A stretch of 52,239 nucleotides of DNA. Source: a virus (lineage: Duplodnaviria > Caudoviricetes). Positions 1-10,751 of the stretch are shown here, one piece after another. The notes beneath the pieces were generated by a model. That model did no database searches. It had not been told where the DNA came from and worked only from the letters and a program-made list of their open reading frames with translations. Each line of letters begins with the position of its first letter. The stretch's first letter is position 1. The DNA is taken from IMG/VR virus record IMGVR_UViG_3300009158_000066, positions 1-52,239 of that record; one strand, written 5' to 3'. The translations under genes and the position numbers were made by a program.

Positions 1-3000
1 ACACCAACATTATCATGAGTACTATCTACATTAGTGAGTGTGTTGTTAAAAACTTTTATATCACATGACAACTCACTATACTCATCGGGTATTACACTAG
101 TAGAAAAAATAATCTGAAACGAACTATCATTAAGATATATTATTTGATAATTCTTACTATCAATTAGTGAGTTGTCTTCTGAACTTACAATCTGTATGGT
201 TGGTTTCTCAAGATTGAGATTATGCTGTATGATAAACGAAAGAGAATTATATACACTACATATAACACTTTGACGATATGTACCGTTTACGTTAACTTCA
301 TCAGTATTTACAACATTTTCAAATATTAATGACTTCAATGCTTGCCACTCTTGCATGTGATCAGGTTGTAATAAACTGAATAAATGCGCAGTCATATCAA
401 ACGATTCGTTCTTTCTACGCAATTCATAATCTGAAGTAAATAAACTTTTAACTTCAAACACATTAGTCTCACCAGCTAGTGTATATTCAGGAAAAGTTTT
501 TGCATATTTTTGATACCACTTATTACCTGTAAAATCACCTAAAGCATATAAACTTTTACGTTCGGGATTGCTGTTAATAGATACAACATTATCAGCTGCA
601 ATAAACTGACCGTGAGTAGAATTAGGGTATATTTTTACATTAGTAACATTACCTATTTGACTACTTTCTATTAATGTTATATTAGCATAAAAGCACACTG
701 TTTTATTATACTTTGAATCTACAACCCATAATCTTTCAAAAGCGTCAATTGTAAGACCTGTAATGTCTTCATTAGTGATTTCAACACTACTATATAATTT
801 AGATACCTTTTTAAGTGTGCCGTTCGGTTCAAGGTGCCATAATTTATTTTCTAATGTCTTGATATTCAAGTAACCAATATTACGCTTATCTGAAATATAC
901 CATACATTACTAGATTTATCTACACAGGCGTGCGTAGCAGCTGTACCTTCTAAATCTATAGTGCTTTTTATGTTACAATCTTGATCTATATGCAATAAAA
1001 CACTACGATTATAAGTCGATATATTTCCTCCCTCACCATATTCAATACAATTAATAATACAATATGCATTGTTATTATAATCAAAAACAATACTAGTACA
1101 TACTTTTATACCTTTATAGTTTGATAAAGCACCTGATAATCTTAATATCCATTTCTGTTTACCAGTTGTATCGTATTTTATAATACAACTCTCTTCTATA
1201 TTATTATAAGATACCCAAATATTATCTGTTTGATCAGTTTCAACTAACGGTGGTTTATAAGTAAAGTCACCGTCTTTTACATGGTTTACAGATTGAACGT
1301 TCACCATTACTCTAAAATATTGATTTAATATTTCTGCATTAGGTGGTAATGTTATTGTAACACTATTTGTGTCAACAACATTAATTTTAATATCTTCTAT
1401 TAAGTCGTATCTATAATAATTAAAGACTTGTATTTGAGGGTTTAATGTATTTAAGTTATGAGTTATTTTAATGTCTGATGCTGTTAAGCCTGTTATTGTT
1501 TTTTCATAATTATGTAATGAAGGAACAGCAGAAGTTAGTAGATTTAAATTACTATCAAATTTTAAAATATCATGTCTATTGAAAAGAGATACCCAAAAAT
1601 TATTTTTAGAATCAACACTAACATATGCAGGGGAAGAGCTTTGCTTGGAAAATTCTTCATAAGTTTGTGTAGTGCTTAAGAATTGAAATAATGTAACGCT
1701 ATTGTGCTCAATACTTTCACTACCATCTATATTATGAAAGCTAGCATAGTAATGTATAGTATCATTTGTTGAGTCTAAAACAACTACACCACTCCGACTT
1801 TTATCACTACCTCTCGTTACAGTTTGATTATATGGAAGTACAGCAATTGCATATGTACCAACCTCTCCGGGTAGTTGGTAATTAAAACTATTAGTCTCTT
1901 TGACACCTGAAACTAAAAAAGTATCAACTGTACCTAATATAGTATGAGGGAGCTTTTGATTTAAAGTGTAGTTAAGCTGTTCAGGTAGCGGTGCAAGTCT
2001 TACACGAGTTAATTTCTTCTCTAGACTATTATTAATCCACGCTACCGGTTGAGGTGTATATCTAGCTGGAAATACAAATTCTTTACTAGAAAGTGCCTGC
2101 TGCACAGTAATGTCAAATACGTCAACACTTGCACTCACTTTAACAAAAGCACTTTCTAACAACGGTGTACATTCTGTATATATAAAACCAGAAGACCTCA
2201 CACCTTGATGGTCTGTTTTTTGAAATCGTGGTTTGTTTGATAGTGTACTTGATGGTGCAACAGTAAAACTGCCAGATAATGAGTCTGATGTTAGTAATTT
2301 AATGTTTACAAATTTTGCATCTACTAATGAATTTGACTCAGGGTAATTATATGCTATACTTGTTGATGTTAAATCAGTATATAAGGTAGACGTGTTCTGT
2401 GCAGTTATAAGCAGAGGTATTTTAGTATCTGTCCATACGTATTTATGTATGTCTGTACTATTGTCGTATTTTAGCTTTAACGTGCCAGGGGGGATATAAT
2501 TCACCTGCCAGGCAAGCGTTGCTGTATTTACTTTACTATTAGCAAAACTAACATAAGAGTGTATAGTACTGTCTTTAAAAGTATCAAACCCGGTAGTTTG
2601 TAAGGTTACGTTTAAGAGTAATGGTTGCTCTTTGTGTGGTAAACCTGTACTAATATCGTCTATATACCTAAACTTACACGTACCTGTAACAGCATGAGTA
2701 ACAGCAACCATATTATCGTTTAAACTCGTTACTGGTTGAGTACTTACCTCCATTAATTCAATAACAGGTAACTCTCCGGTAGAATCTACTTCATCTGCAC
2801 AAAAGCGCCAAGTAGGCACGAGATCACGATACTTTACAGGTGCATATTTTGATGGTATAGATTTACTATTAATTGCAAACAAGTTTACAAATAAAGGTTT
2901 ATCTATTGTAGTGCTTGTCACACCTACAGTAAAAGTACCAGACATTTTACCTGGATCTCCATACACATAAGGTATATCAGTAAACTGTATAGCGTCTCGA

Positions 3001-3248
3001 ATCAAGTCTTCCACCTCTAAAACTCTCACAAACCTATACTCATTACCTTCTATATCTATAGAATTATATACTACATCATACACTCCCGCTTTATTATATG
3101 TATGTTCAACACTACCAACATCTCTATATATAGTACCATCACCCATATCCCACTCAATACGTAAGAGTATTTGAGATACATTCTCTTGTTGTAGCTTAAA
3201 GGTGGTTAGACGCGTGTTACCTGTATTTTTATTAATAGATATATTCAT
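1..3248 (-). CDS. Large virion/baseplate-associated protein, truncated by the window edge (>1080 aa): N-terminal PKD domain, beta-propeller-like repeats, two H-N-L modules
   Basis: Not in the ORF track, consistent with no in-frame stop before position 1. ATG at 3248-3246 overlaps the gp6 stop (TGATG). Manual translation gives MNISINKNTG...IEWDMGDGTIYRDVGSVEHTYNKAGVYDVVY (PKD signature WDxGDG...HTY...GxY), blade-like segments (FWVSLFNRHDILKFD, NIWVSYNN) and an open frame in the segments checked down to position 3. Confidence 0.8.
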   Translation of the reverse strand, partial: MNISINKNTGNTRLTTFKLQQENVSQILLRIEWDMGDGTIYRDVGSVEHTYNKAGVYDVVYNSIDIEGNEYRFVRVLEVEDLIRDAIQFTDIPYVYGDPGKMSGTFTVGVTSTTIDKPLFVNLFAINSKSIPSKYAPVKYRDLVPTWRFCADEVDSTGELPVIELMEVSTQPVTSLNDNMVAVTHAVTGTCKFRYIDDISTGLPHKEQPLLLNVTLQTTGFDTFKDSTIHSYVSFANSKVNTATLAWQVNYIPPGTLKLKYDNSTDIHKYVWTDTKIPLLITAQNTSTLYTDLTSTSIAYNYPESNSLVDAKFVNIKLLTSDSLSGSFTVAPSSTLSNKPRFQKTDHQGVRSSGFIYTECTPLLESAFVKVSASVDVFDITVQQALSSKEFVFPARYTPQPVAWINNSLEKKLTRVRLAPLPEQLNYTLNQKLPHTILGTVDTFLVSGVKETNSFNYQLPGEVGTYAIAVLPYNQTVTRGSDKSRSGVVVLDSTNDTIHYYASFHNIDGSESIEHNSVTLFQFLSTTQTYEEFSKQSSSPAYVSVDSKNNFWVSLFNRHDILKFDSNLNLLTSAVPSLHNYEKTITGLTASDIKITHNLNTLNPQIQVFNYYRYDLIEDIKINVVDTNSVTITLPPNAEILNQYFRVMVNVQSVNHVKDGDFTYKPPLVETDQTDNIWVSYNNIEESCIIKYDTTGKQKWILRLSGALSNYKGIKVCTSIVFDYNNNAYCIINCIEYGEGGNISTYNRSVLLHIDQDCNIKSTIDLEGTAATHACVDKSSNVWYISDKRNIGYLNIKTLENKLWHLEPNGTLKKVSKLYSSVEITNEDITGLTIDAFERLWVVDSKYNKTVCFYANITLIESSQIGNVTNVKIYPNSTHGQFIAADNVVSINSNPERKSLYALGDFTGNKWYQKYAKTFPEYTLAGETNVFEVKSLFTSDYELRRKNESFDMTAHLFSLLQPDHMQEWQALKSLIFENVVNTDEVNVNGTYRQSVICSVYNSLSFIIQHNLNLEKPTIQIVSSEDNSLIDSKNYQIIYLNDSSFQIIFSTSVIPDEYSELSCDIKVFNNTLTNVDSTHDNVG

Positions 3249-5089
3249 CATACAACTACAATCTTAGCAATAAGTTTATTAATATCGTAAAGGTAAGGAA
3301 ATTGAAATTTATGAAGTGTCTTTGAACCTGTTACATAACCATTATCTATACTTGTAGTGTAATTTGGATTCCAAACAATTAAAGAAAGACCATTGTATGA
3401 AACTTCAGCTCTATCCGTACGTGTAGTACGCAAACTTTCAACTCCATCAATACCACTGATCTGTGACTCTATATATCTTGCATCAATAGTTTGTCCCAGG
3501 GAGCAATTTAATTGACTGAAGTAGTCAGTAAATATTTTTCTTACGTCAGCTTTTATGCTTTCATCAGTGCGTTTAGCAAATTTATTTCTCACAACCTGCA
3601 ATACAGTTAAATCTTCAATAGAAGGGTCAAACGCTCTTGGTTCCTGTAAGTCTATAAAAATATTAGATACCCCTATAGCTACAGCCATATAAATTGGATC
3701 AATGAACATTATTTCTGTTGTAGCCATCTTTGTATCCTCAAGCGTCGAGGATATTAATTGTTTTTGTGTTGGTGTGACGTACACCTCCACGTAAGATGTT
3801 GAACGAGGCACTACTATTAAATATATGCTATTAAAATTACAAGAACTACCAAACGTTACTTGATTATACAAAGCACGACCTACAAATAAAGGGTTTTCAA
3901 GCCCAAGATCGTAGAAATATTTTATATATGTCTCCATATATTCGTTATTGTTGATAGCTATTGTATCTTGTATAAAGTTGCTGAAATTACTTTTTACATA
4001 ACTAGCATAATCTTGTGTGGTCACCAGACGATATTGTGCTCTATAACCTGCAACAGCTGACTCTTTAATCTGTTCAACTGTCTGAGGCACTTGTGATAGC
4101 GTAGATCGAGTTGAGTTTGTAACCATACAGTGGTTTATATTCGTATCATTAAGTAAATTTGATATATTGTATGTATCTTGTTGATCTTCTAAAATTTTGT
4201 TAAAAACAGGTGTGTTGTACCTTGCCATTCTTGAGCGGTCAAACGTGTACGTACCTACCTGACCGTTTGTTCCATCACTTACAAGGTAATATACACAAAC
4301 TCTATCAATAGTTTCAAGTTTTCGACCACTTAAATTATCACCAAACTTAAGTTCATATTGTTTATTCTCTGTAAATCTCAACTCATGCTTTAATGTAGGA
4401 CCACTCTCAAGGTAAAGACTAGCAGATTGTTCATATTTAAACCACTTATTTGAATCACCATGCTTTACATAAACATGTATATTATTGTGATCTATAAGAG
4501 CGTTCTCAGGTGTAATAAGATATAATATTTCGTTGTTGTTGCCGCTTGGAGTGAACAGTGAGCTTTCTACAAATCTACCTTGTACTAAAAATTTTGAACT
4601 ACTGTGATCTAATAAAATTTGAATACCTTCAACTGTCTTATTAAACAATATATCCTCTGTTACGCTGTATGTAATCTGACTTTGACCTATAGTTGAATAC
4701 CTCGGTATAATATAAGTTCTATCAGCTTCAAGGTTTTCATCAGCTTCAAGAACAAACGGAAGAAGACTTGACTGATAACCTAAAGGCTTATAATCTAATA
4801 TACGAACTATACGACTAAAATTTTCATAGATTTGAGCTTCTGAAAACATTGACTCTGTTGCTGTTTTATTGAGATAATATATTAAGGTATTGTATGCATA
4901 TGCAACAATATCTATTATACTTGCAAGGTTGCTGCCTATTTGATTTTGATCAGTAAAAATCCCCTGCTTGTTCATGCGCTCTATTATGAGCTGTCTGAGA
5001 GACACAGCATCAAAAGCAATATAAGTATCTTTTGGTAGTGGTAAATTGTCTAATGGTTGCTCGGATGCCATAAAGTTAATTATTGTCAA
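3248..5089 (-). CDS. gp6: Baseplate wedge protein, T4 gp6-like
   Basis: FTDQNQIGSNLASIIDIVAY, ESMFSEAQ, LDYKP, LKFGDNLSG, RLVTTQDY motifs typical of gp6; adjacent to gp25. Confidence 0.9.
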   Translation of the reverse strand: MTIINFMASEQPLDNLPLPKDTYIAFDAVSLRQLIIERMNKQGIFTDQNQIGSNLASIIDIVAYAYNTLIYYLNKTATESMFSEAQIYENFSRIVRILDYKPLGYQSSLLPFVLEADENLEADRTYIIPRYSTIGQSQITYSVTEDILFNKTVEGIQILLDHSSSKFLVQGRFVESSLFTPSGNNNEILYLITPENALIDHNNIHVYVKHGDSNKWFKYEQSASLYLESGPTLKHELRFTENKQYELKFGDNLSGRKLETIDRVCVYYLVSDGTNGQVGTYTFDRSRMARYNTPVFNKILEDQQDTYNISNLLNDTNINHCMVTNSTRSTLSQVPQTVEQIKESAVAGYRAQYRLVTTQDYASYVKSNFSNFIQDTIAINNNEYMETYIKYFYDLGLENPLFVGRALYNQVTFGSSCNFNSIYLIVVPRSTSYVEVYVTPTQKQLISSTLEDTKMATTEIMFIDPIYMAVAIGVSNIFIDLQEPRAFDPSIEDLTVLQVVRNKFAKRTDESIKADVRKIFTDYFSQLNCSLGQTIDARYIESQISGIDGVESLRTTRTDRAEVSYNGLSLIVWNPNYTTSIDNGYVTGSKTLHKFQFPYLYDINKLIAKIVVV

Positions 5090-5579
5090 TTGAATAAACT
5101 ACAAATTCTCTTGTCGAGTTAGATTGCTGTGAGCTCTGTACGTCCATACCTAAAGACATTGAACTACCTATTTGTTCACAAAAGATACTTATTATCACCT
5201 TAAAAAGAGACAAATCATTAAAAACCTGTACATCTACTTCAAGAACCTCGACCCGTAGCTCACTCCTTTTAATAGCTTCTTTTATATCAGTACCTAGCAA
5301 TCTACCTGTAATATCATTTACAGGCATAAAAAGATATTTGCGTAAATCTGCTCCATAATTAGGAAACAAAAATCTTTGACCTTTTTGAGTGTTAAAAAGA
5401 TTGTATAGTGAATTTTTAATGGCTTGATAATCAATACTTGCTACAATGTCAGGCCCTTCATAGAGCTGGGTAAAAACATCTAAATCTCCCTTGCGTGATG
5501 TTAGATCTAAATGTAAATCTTTATACACATACGGTTTTTGCTCATCTAAAAAATTAAAATCTCGTACTTTAATTGCCAT
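5076..5579 (-). CDS. gp25: Baseplate wedge subunit, gp25-like
   Basis: YKDLHLDL...AIKNSLYNLFNTQKGQRFLFPNYGADLRKYLF...ELRV, the GPW/gp25 signature. Confidence 0.9.
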   Translation of the reverse strand: MAIKVRDFNFLDEQKPYVYKDLHLDLTSRKGDLDVFTQLYEGPDIVASIDYQAIKNSLYNLFNTQKGQRFLFPNYGADLRKYLFMPVNDITGRLLGTDIKEAIKRSELRVEVLEVDVQVFNDLSLFKVIISIFCEQIGSSMSLGMDVQSSQQSNSTREFVVYSIDNN

Positions 5580-5594
5580 AAAAGGTGTTATATG

Positions 5595-5629
5595 TATTTA
5601 GTGTGAAAGTATGAGTGGTAGCATAAATA
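5595..5629. promoter_or_regulatory. Divergent pair of T4-type late promoter-like motifs (CTAAATA on minus at 5595-5601; CATAAATA on plus at 5622-5629)
   Basis: Resemble the T4 late consensus TATAAATA, each 10-16 nt upstream of a start codon; gp55 is encoded in the window. Confidence 0.6.
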
Positions 5630-5639
5630 ATCACACGCT

Positions 5640-6170
5640 ATGAGCCAAAAGTTTGATAAACTACTAAATGAATTTATGTCGAGGTACGAGACATACGGTT
5701 TCTCACCTGGTGATCAAGTAGTCTTAAAAAAAGACGCACTTAATCACAAGTACTTTCAAAGATGTGATAAAAAGTACATCGACACGTTAAAAGCATGCAT
5801 GAATGCAGACTTCGGCTACAATATGTTTCTTGCCTCTAGCCCTATTACACTCGACGGTGTATACGGTGTAGAAGATGAACCTATATGTATGGTGAGAGTC
5901 GAATTTGCACCCGGTTCATCAGGCGATCATATGAGAGTACCTTGCTCTGTACTACAAGTAGTTGATAGTGGTATAAACAGACCCTCTATACCCGATAAAC
6001 TAAAGCATAAAAATAGAGATTCTCTAAAACCTGAAGAAATAAAACACAATTCTGCCGTTAAATTTGACACCAATCTTATAAATAAAAATATCAAGCTTGC
6101 AGGTGGTGAAAAATGGGACGACGGTAAACCAGGTGGCGGAAATACACCAAAAAACTACACATCTAAGTAG
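5640..6170 (+). CDS. Hypothetical protein, probably late (N-terminal KFDKLLNE motif)
   Basis: 176 aa ORF with a late promoter-like motif upstream. Confidence 0.7.
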   Translation: MSQKFDKLLNEFMSRYETYGFSPGDQVVLKKDALNHKYFQRCDKKYIDTLKACMNADFGYNMFLASSPITLDGVYGVEDEPICMVRVEFAPGSSGDHMRVPCSVLQVVDSGINRPSIPDKLKHKNRDSLKPEEIKHNSAVKFDTNLINKNIKLAGGEKWDDGKPGGGNTPKNYTSK

Positions 6171-6245
6171 TTTTAACCTAGAGCTTTTATGAGCACGTCA
6201 TATAATAACACACTCGAGCTATCTACTGAAGGCGAGGCAAACACT

Positions 6246-8507
6246 ATGAGCGACATTACAATCAACGTTAAAAAAAGAAACGGTTCACTCGAGCCACTTA
6301 ATATCGATAAAATTAATAAAGTGATCAGTTGGGCTATTCAAGATCTTCATAATGTTAGTCTTTCAGACATAGCTATCAACGCAAAGTTAAATTTCGTTGA
6401 CGGTATTACAACAAGAGAGGTGCATAGCGCTTTGATCGATTCTGCATCTAACTTGATTAGTATAGAGAACTCTGAATATCAATATGTAGCAGGTAGACTC
6501 TTAAACTATCAACTTAGAAAAGATGTATGGGGTGGTAAACACGCACCGCGTCTTCTTGATGTTATAAAGACAGGTATACAAAATAAAATATATGAAGAAA
6601 GTATATTAACCAAATACACCGAAGAAGAGCTCAATAAAATAGGTGAATACATTGATCATGAACGTGATTTTGCGTTTACTTTTGCAGGTATAAAACAACT
6701 TTGCGATAAATATCTGATTAAAAATCGTGTTACAAATCAAATATTTGAAACCCCTCAGTTTGCTTACATGTTGATTGCACTATATGGTTTTGCAAATTAT
6801 ACAAAATCAACACGTTCAACATATGTTAAGAAATTTTATGATGCAATTTCAAGACATAAAATAAATTTACCTACACCTATTATGTCTGGGTTGAGAACCA
6901 ACTTGCAAAGCTATGCAAGTTGCTGTCTTATTGGTATAGACGATACAAAAGAGTCTATCACAGCAAGTGGTACAGCTGTTTCAATTGCTACAGCAAGTCG
7001 ATGCGGTATAGGTATTGATGTATCAAAAATACGTGCAATTGGTTCACCTGTTCATGGTGGAGAGATTGTTCATACAGGTGTTATACCGTTTCTTAAAATA
7101 TATGAAGCATCCGTTAAAGCTTGGCAGCAGAATGCAATTAGAGGTGGTTCTGCAACTGTAAATATACAATGGTGGCATTATGAAGTAGAAGATGTTGTTG
7201 TATTAAAGAATAATGCTGGTACAGATGATAACCGAGTTCGTAAATTAGACTACACTATAGGGTTGTCTAAGTTGTTCTATGATAGAGTCCTGAAGAATGA
7301 AAACATTACACTCTTCAACCCTGATGAGGTTAAAGATCTTTTCAACGCTTGGGGTACTGCTAAATTTGATGAAACTTACATTAAAAAAGAACAAGATACA
7401 AGCATTCAGATGAAGAAGGTTGTCTCTGCTAGAAAGTTGTTCTCTCTAATTGTAAAAGAACGAGTTGAAACAGGTAGAATCTATATAATGAACGTAGACA
7501 CTGCTAACGAGCATGGTGCTTGGCTTGATACAGTAACTATGACAAACTTATGTACGGAGGTTATGCACCCGACTATACCTCTTACTGATTTTCATGACTC
7601 TGAAGCAGAAATAGGTATGTGTATATTGAGTGCTGTAAATATGCTTGAGATTAAAAATTGGAGTGATCTTGAACGCGTATGTGACTTAATCGTACGCTTT
7701 CTAGATGAAATTATAGATAATCAAACATACTTTAATAAAGCTGCAGAGAATTTTGCCAAGAAACGTAGAAGTTTAGGTGTGGGTATTACCAATCTAGCTG
7801 CTATTCTCGCTAAAAATGGTTTAACATACGATGATCCAGCTGCTCCTAATTTTGTAGATGAATGGATAGAGCATTTACAGTACTTTCTATTAAAAGCTAG
7901 TGTGCAGCTCGCACAAGAACGTGGTAAGTGTGAGAAATATGATAGAACTAAGTACTCCCAAGGTATATTACCCATTGATACCTATAAAGAGTATATAGAT
8001 ACTTTCATAACAAGACCCCGCTCTCTTGATTGGGAGAGTTTACGTGCAGATATAAGCAAGCATGGTCTAAGACACTCTACCCTTACAGCGTTCATGCCAT
8101 GTGAATCAAGCTCTGCCATTCAAAGCTCAACTAACGGTGTAGAACCGGTGAGATCGTTGATGACGTACAAATCATCTAAAATGGGTAAACTACCTGTCTT
8201 GGCTCCGAACGCAAAGAAATGGGCTTATCAGTTAGCTTTTGATTTGCCTGATAATATTGGTTTATTGAATATAAACGCTGCAATACAAAAATATTGCGAC
8301 ATGGCTATTAGCACCAACGTATATTATAATTACACACACTACGAAAACGGCATGCTTCCAGACTCAAAAGTCATGAAAGAGATCATGTATGCGTACAAGA
8401 TCGGTCTTGTAAGTCTGTATTATAACAATACGGATGATGGTGATAAAGAGCAATTAACTAATACTGTCGAAAATAGTGATTGCGCGGGTGGTGCTTGTAA
8501 ACTTTAA
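6246..8507 (+). CDS. nrdA: Ribonucleotide reductase class Ia alpha subunit with ATP cone
   Basis: VKKRNGSLE ATP cone, PTPIM, ASCC, TNLCTE catalytic loop, MPCESS, C-terminal CAGGAC. Start 6246 is preferred over 6189 because a -10 box TATAAT lies at 6201-6206. Confidence 0.97.
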   Translation: MSDITINVKKRNGSLEPLNIDKINKVISWAIQDLHNVSLSDIAINAKLNFVDGITTREVHSALIDSASNLISIENSEYQYVAGRLLNYQLRKDVWGGKHAPRLLDVIKTGIQNKIYEESILTKYTEEELNKIGEYIDHERDFAFTFAGIKQLCDKYLIKNRVTNQIFETPQFAYMLIALYGFANYTKSTRSTYVKKFYDAISRHKINLPTPIMSGLRTNLQSYASCCLIGIDDTKESITASGTAVSIATASRCGIGIDVSKIRAIGSPVHGGEIVHTGVIPFLKIYEASVKAWQQNAIRGGSATVNIQWWHYEVEDVVVLKNNAGTDDNRVRKLDYTIGLSKLFYDRVLKNENITLFNPDEVKDLFNAWGTAKFDETYIKKEQDTSIQMKKVVSARKLFSLIVKERVETGRIYIMNVDTANEHGAWLDTVTMTNLCTEVMHPTIPLTDFHDSEAEIGMCILSAVNMLEIKNWSDLERVCDLIVRFLDEIIDNQTYFNKAAENFAKKRRSLGVGITNLAAILAKNGLTYDDPAAPNFVDEWIEHLQYFLLKASVQLAQERGKCEKYDRTKYSQGILPIDTYKEYIDTFITRPRSLDWESLRADISKHGLRHSTLTAFMPCESSSAIQSSTNGVEPVRSLMTYKSSKMGKLPVLAPNAKKWAYQLAFDLPDNIGLLNINAAIQKYCDMAISTNVYYNYTHYENGMLPDSKVMKEIMYAYKIGLVSLYYNNTDDGDKEQLTNTVENSDCAGGACKL

Positions 8508-8514
8508 TAAAAAT

Positions 8515-9579
8515 ATGAAAACAGTTCTTAATCTTAAAAATATAGACCATACAAAACAACCACTCTTCTTTGGTGAAGATTTAAGCCTTCAAAGATACGA
8601 TAAATTTAAATATCCTGTTTTCTTTGAATTATTTAAAAAGCAAGAAGAGTTCTTTTGGTGGCCTCATGAAATCTCACTACAAAAAGATCGTAATGACTAT
8701 GCTAAGTTAACCGACTTAGAGCGTTTTGTGTTTGATACAAATCTTAGATTTCAAATTCTAGGGGACTCAATGCTGAGTAGGTCTATACATCAGTTAAAGA
8801 GTATGGTAACTAATCCAGAACTTGAAATATGTATGAATACATGGTCACGCTTTGAAGGTATTCATAGCTACTCTTATTCATATTTGCTTAATAACGTATA
8901 TTCAGACCCCACTAGCTTCTTTGATAGTATTATTGACGATAAAGAGATAACTAGTAGAGCAGAATTAATTCGTGGCAATTACGATAAAATTCTAACAGAA
9001 ACATCTGGAGACGATATACGAGATAGAGTGTTTAACTGTATTCTCGCTACAAATGTAATGGAAGGTTTAGTGTTTTATGTTTCTTTTGCCTGTTCCTATT
9101 ACTTTGGTTATAGAGGTAAGATGGAAGGTAATGCTAAAATTATTAAATTTATTCAACGGGATGAATCTCAGCATTTTGCTATCACTCAAAACCTTATCAA
9201 GATTTTACGTGAAGAAGATTCAGAGGGTTTTAAGGATGTCGTAAAACGTAATGAGGATAAGATATATGCTATGTACGAGCAAGCAGCTCTAAATGAAATT
9301 GAATGGTCACAGTATCTATTCAGTAAAGGTGGTTTGCTTGGTTTAAATACGGACGTTTTAACGGGGTATACTAAGTGGTTGTGTGATAATAGGTTGAGAT
9401 CTCTTGGATATAAAAAGATCTTCAACCAGAAAGAGAATCCAATTGCTGGCTGGCTGGACGGGTATCTTGATAGTAGCAAGGTACAAAATGCTAATCAAGA
9501 AGCAGAGCAAGGTTCTTATAAGGTGGGAGCTCGCAATACAGATGTTGATGAAGGGACGTTTGACGGGTTTACTCTTTAA
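8515..9579 (+). CDS. nrdB: Ribonucleotide reductase class Ia beta subunit
   Basis: FFWWPHE, EGIHSYSY (metal ligands plus radical Tyr), EGLVFYVSF, RDESQH; ATG at 8515. Confidence 0.97.
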   Translation: MKTVLNLKNIDHTKQPLFFGEDLSLQRYDKFKYPVFFELFKKQEEFFWWPHEISLQKDRNDYAKLTDLERFVFDTNLRFQILGDSMLSRSIHQLKSMVTNPELEICMNTWSRFEGIHSYSYSYLLNNVYSDPTSFFDSIIDDKEITSRAELIRGNYDKILTETSGDDIRDRVFNCILATNVMEGLVFYVSFACSYYFGYRGKMEGNAKIIKFIQRDESQHFAITQNLIKILREEDSEGFKDVVKRNEDKIYAMYEQAALNEIEWSQYLFSKGGLLGLNTDVLTGYTKWLCDNRLRSLGYKKIFNQKENPIAGWLDGYLDSSKVQNANQEAEQGSYKVGARNTDVDEGTFDGFTL

Positions 9580-9599
9580 GAGTAATAAGTAATTTTAAT

Positions 9600-9633
9600 A
9601 AAGCCTGTTAGAAGAAATTCTAACAGGCTTTTT
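9600..9633. terminator. Intrinsic terminator, probably bidirectional
   Basis: AAAGCCTGTTAGAA-gaaa-TTCTAACAGGCTTT followed by T residues, between convergent nrdB and 9632..10666. Confidence 0.85.
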
Positions 9634-10666
9634 ATAGTTCAAAACTTATGTGAAAACCTTTACCGTCAAGGTTTTGTTGAATTGATACCCTATTGTTTAA
9701 AAACGTCAATGTGTTTGCAAGTATACTGTCAGAAGCACTAAAACCTTTGCACATATAAGGTTTGTCTGCATTTGTTAAGACCATATAATTAAAATTAAAT
9801 TTTTTCTTATATAATACAATCTGTATTCCACCACATAAAGCTTTCATAGCCATTTTAGTAGCACCGTTCGGCCAACGAGTTATTAAACCTTTTCTAAGAA
9901 AATCATATTGCTCAAGAGCGTTAGTTGCAGTAATAGTGCTTATAATATCACTTGAATAGATATTATATGTATCATTTACTGTGCTTGTATCTATAAGAAG
10001 TTCTTCACCTTCTTGAGAGGAAATTATACCAGATAGCACACAAAGAGTTATTGATAGTGTTCTTGCTGTTTGTTCGCTACGCAAGAATTGACTCTTAAAA
10101 CTATCATCAATAGATATCTTACTTGTTGCTAATAATCTACCACGAGTGCCCTTAAACTCTATACGAAGAGGCGTATACTGCTCTATTTCAACGTCACCTG
10201 CTTTTGGTTTGATACCACCAGAGAAAAAAGAAAAGAATATCTCTCCTTCTCCAATTCGGTTATGACCTCTTGCGCCATCAGTATCTGCTTTCCAGGCATT
10301 ATCATTTATATAATTAACATTTTTAACATTTGAAGTAAAACACGATACAACAGTATCTATAATATTAAAATCTTCTCTTTTATTAAACCACATTATTGTA
10401 GCTTTACGAAACTTTTCAAAGTTAAACGAAGTGAGATCTTCTGCTCGGATACCTAAATCTATACAAAGATTTGTAAATATTTGTACGTTTTGTTTGGTAA
10501 TATAACTATCTGAACTATTACTCAAAATACACTCAACTCTTTCACGAAGATTTTTATTTTTATCTAAAAAAGTTAACAAAAAAGGCTCTATAAGAGTGCT
10601 GTATGTTTCAGGATCAAAACTATAAACATCTTCATCAGAGGAAAGTGACTTTACAATGGATGTCAT
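9632..10666 (-). CDS. Hypothetical protein, possible PD-(D/E)xK-fold nuclease
   Basis: GEGE...AGDVEI...IEFKG gives the E...D...ExK arrangement of restriction-endonuclease-fold proteins. Confidence 0.5.
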   Translation of the reverse strand: MTSIVKSLSSDEDVYSFDPETYSTLIEPFLLTFLDKNKNLRERVECILSNSSDSYITKQNVQIFTNLCIDLGIRAEDLTSFNFEKFRKATIMWFNKREDFNIIDTVVSCFTSNVKNVNYINDNAWKADTDGARGHNRIGEGEIFFSFFSGGIKPKAGDVEIEQYTPLRIEFKGTRGRLLATSKISIDDSFKSQFLRSEQTARTLSITLCVLSGIISSQEGEELLIDTSTVNDTYNIYSSDIISTITATNALEQYDFLRKGLITRWPNGATKMAMKALCGGIQIVLYKKKFNFNYMVLTNADKPYMCKGFSASDSILANTLTFLNNRVSIQQNLDGKGFHISFEL

Positions 10667-10751
10667 CTATACATTAATATTAATTGTTAATAGAGTATTA
10701 TCAACAACCTCTCGCATTTGAATTTTATTAAAAATATATTATCATTTTCAA

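Noticed and set aside
1-3247. Empty ORF track suggesting non-coding DNA or stop-codon recoding
   Set aside because: Explained by one ORF running off the window edge; other genes are intact in the standard code and end in TAA, TAG and TGA
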